Assembly (NCBI GenBank): GCA_041752695.1
Contig: JBGSVZ010000055.1
Coordinates: 1 to 38,645, forward strand
Source: Terrimicrobiaceae bacterium
GTDB taxonomy: Bacteria; Verrucomicrobiota; Verrucomicrobiia; Chthoniobacterales; Terrimicrobiaceae
Length of the DNA: 38,645 bases
Reading direction: 5' to 3'
Part shown: positions 38,504 through 38,645 of the stretch, piece after piece
How positions within the stretch are numbered: the stretch's first letter is position 1
Layout: each line of letters begins with the position of its first letter
Notes under the pieces: generated by a model
Told to the model about the DNA's origin: nothing
Databases searched by the model: none
What the model saw: only the letters and a program-made list of their open reading frames with translations
Made by a program: the position numbers and the translations under genes

Positions 38504-38645
38504 CCCCAACGGTGTTGAAAGAAGAAGCTAAATGGAAGCATAAGAATGCCTAAGGGAAGCGATAAGAGTGAGCCAGGGAGCCTCGCGGGTGAGCGAGGCG
38601 CGCAACCAGCGCAAGAATTTGACGGTGCGCTGGGTGAGGCGGAGA
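38504..38645 (-). mobile_element. probable end of an insertion sequence: 3' end of an ORF plus a terminal segment
   Basis: Open frame from the window edge LRLTQRTVKFLRWLRASLTREAPWLTLIASLRHSYASI* (38644-38528), which I recall as resembling DDE transposase C-termini in PVC bacteria (unverified). About 24 nt later the PEP-CTERM coding sequence resumes abruptly. Local drop in GC. Confidence 0.5.

Noticed and set aside
38333..38645. TAG readthrough joining the edge ORF to the PEP-CTERM tail (same frame)
   Set aside because: A shared frame has a one-in-three chance; the upstream peptide is basic and helical, unlike a PEP-CTERM passenger, and an insertion explains it more simply.

Overview
GC-rich, gene-dense bacterial window. 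A PEP-CTERM tail, a prepilin/H-X9-DG-type gene, an lpxC-fabZ fusion and a DUF1800-DUF1501 pair suggest the PVC superphylum, probably Verrucomicrobiota (inference). About 35 CDSs are supported. In order they include a Ski2/HelY-like helicase, a GH4 glycosidase with a divergent AraC regulator, an MFS transporter, and an Opp/Dpp ABC operon with a Phd/YefM-VapC toxin-antitoxin pair inserted between oppC and oppD. Next come uracil-DNA glycosylase, a transglutaminase-acyltransferase-hydrolase chain, RluA, cNMP protein-lpxC/fabZ-lpxA, DUF1800/DUF1501, argG, a TauE/SafE gene split by an in-frame TGA, NfeD and an aldehyde dehydrogenase. The best candidate for an undescribed system is at the right end: a haem-uptake locus (hemS-hmuTUV, then an EF-hand lipoprotein) preceded by a pseudopilin-like gene with a Y-X9-DG variant motif. 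That gene is translationally coupled to a PEP-CTERM gene that appears to be cut by an insertion element at the window edge. Non-coding structure includes two long repeat-unit palindromes and two operator-like palindromes. No rRNA, tRNA or CRISPR array was seen. All family calls come from recognising motifs by eye; no searches were run.
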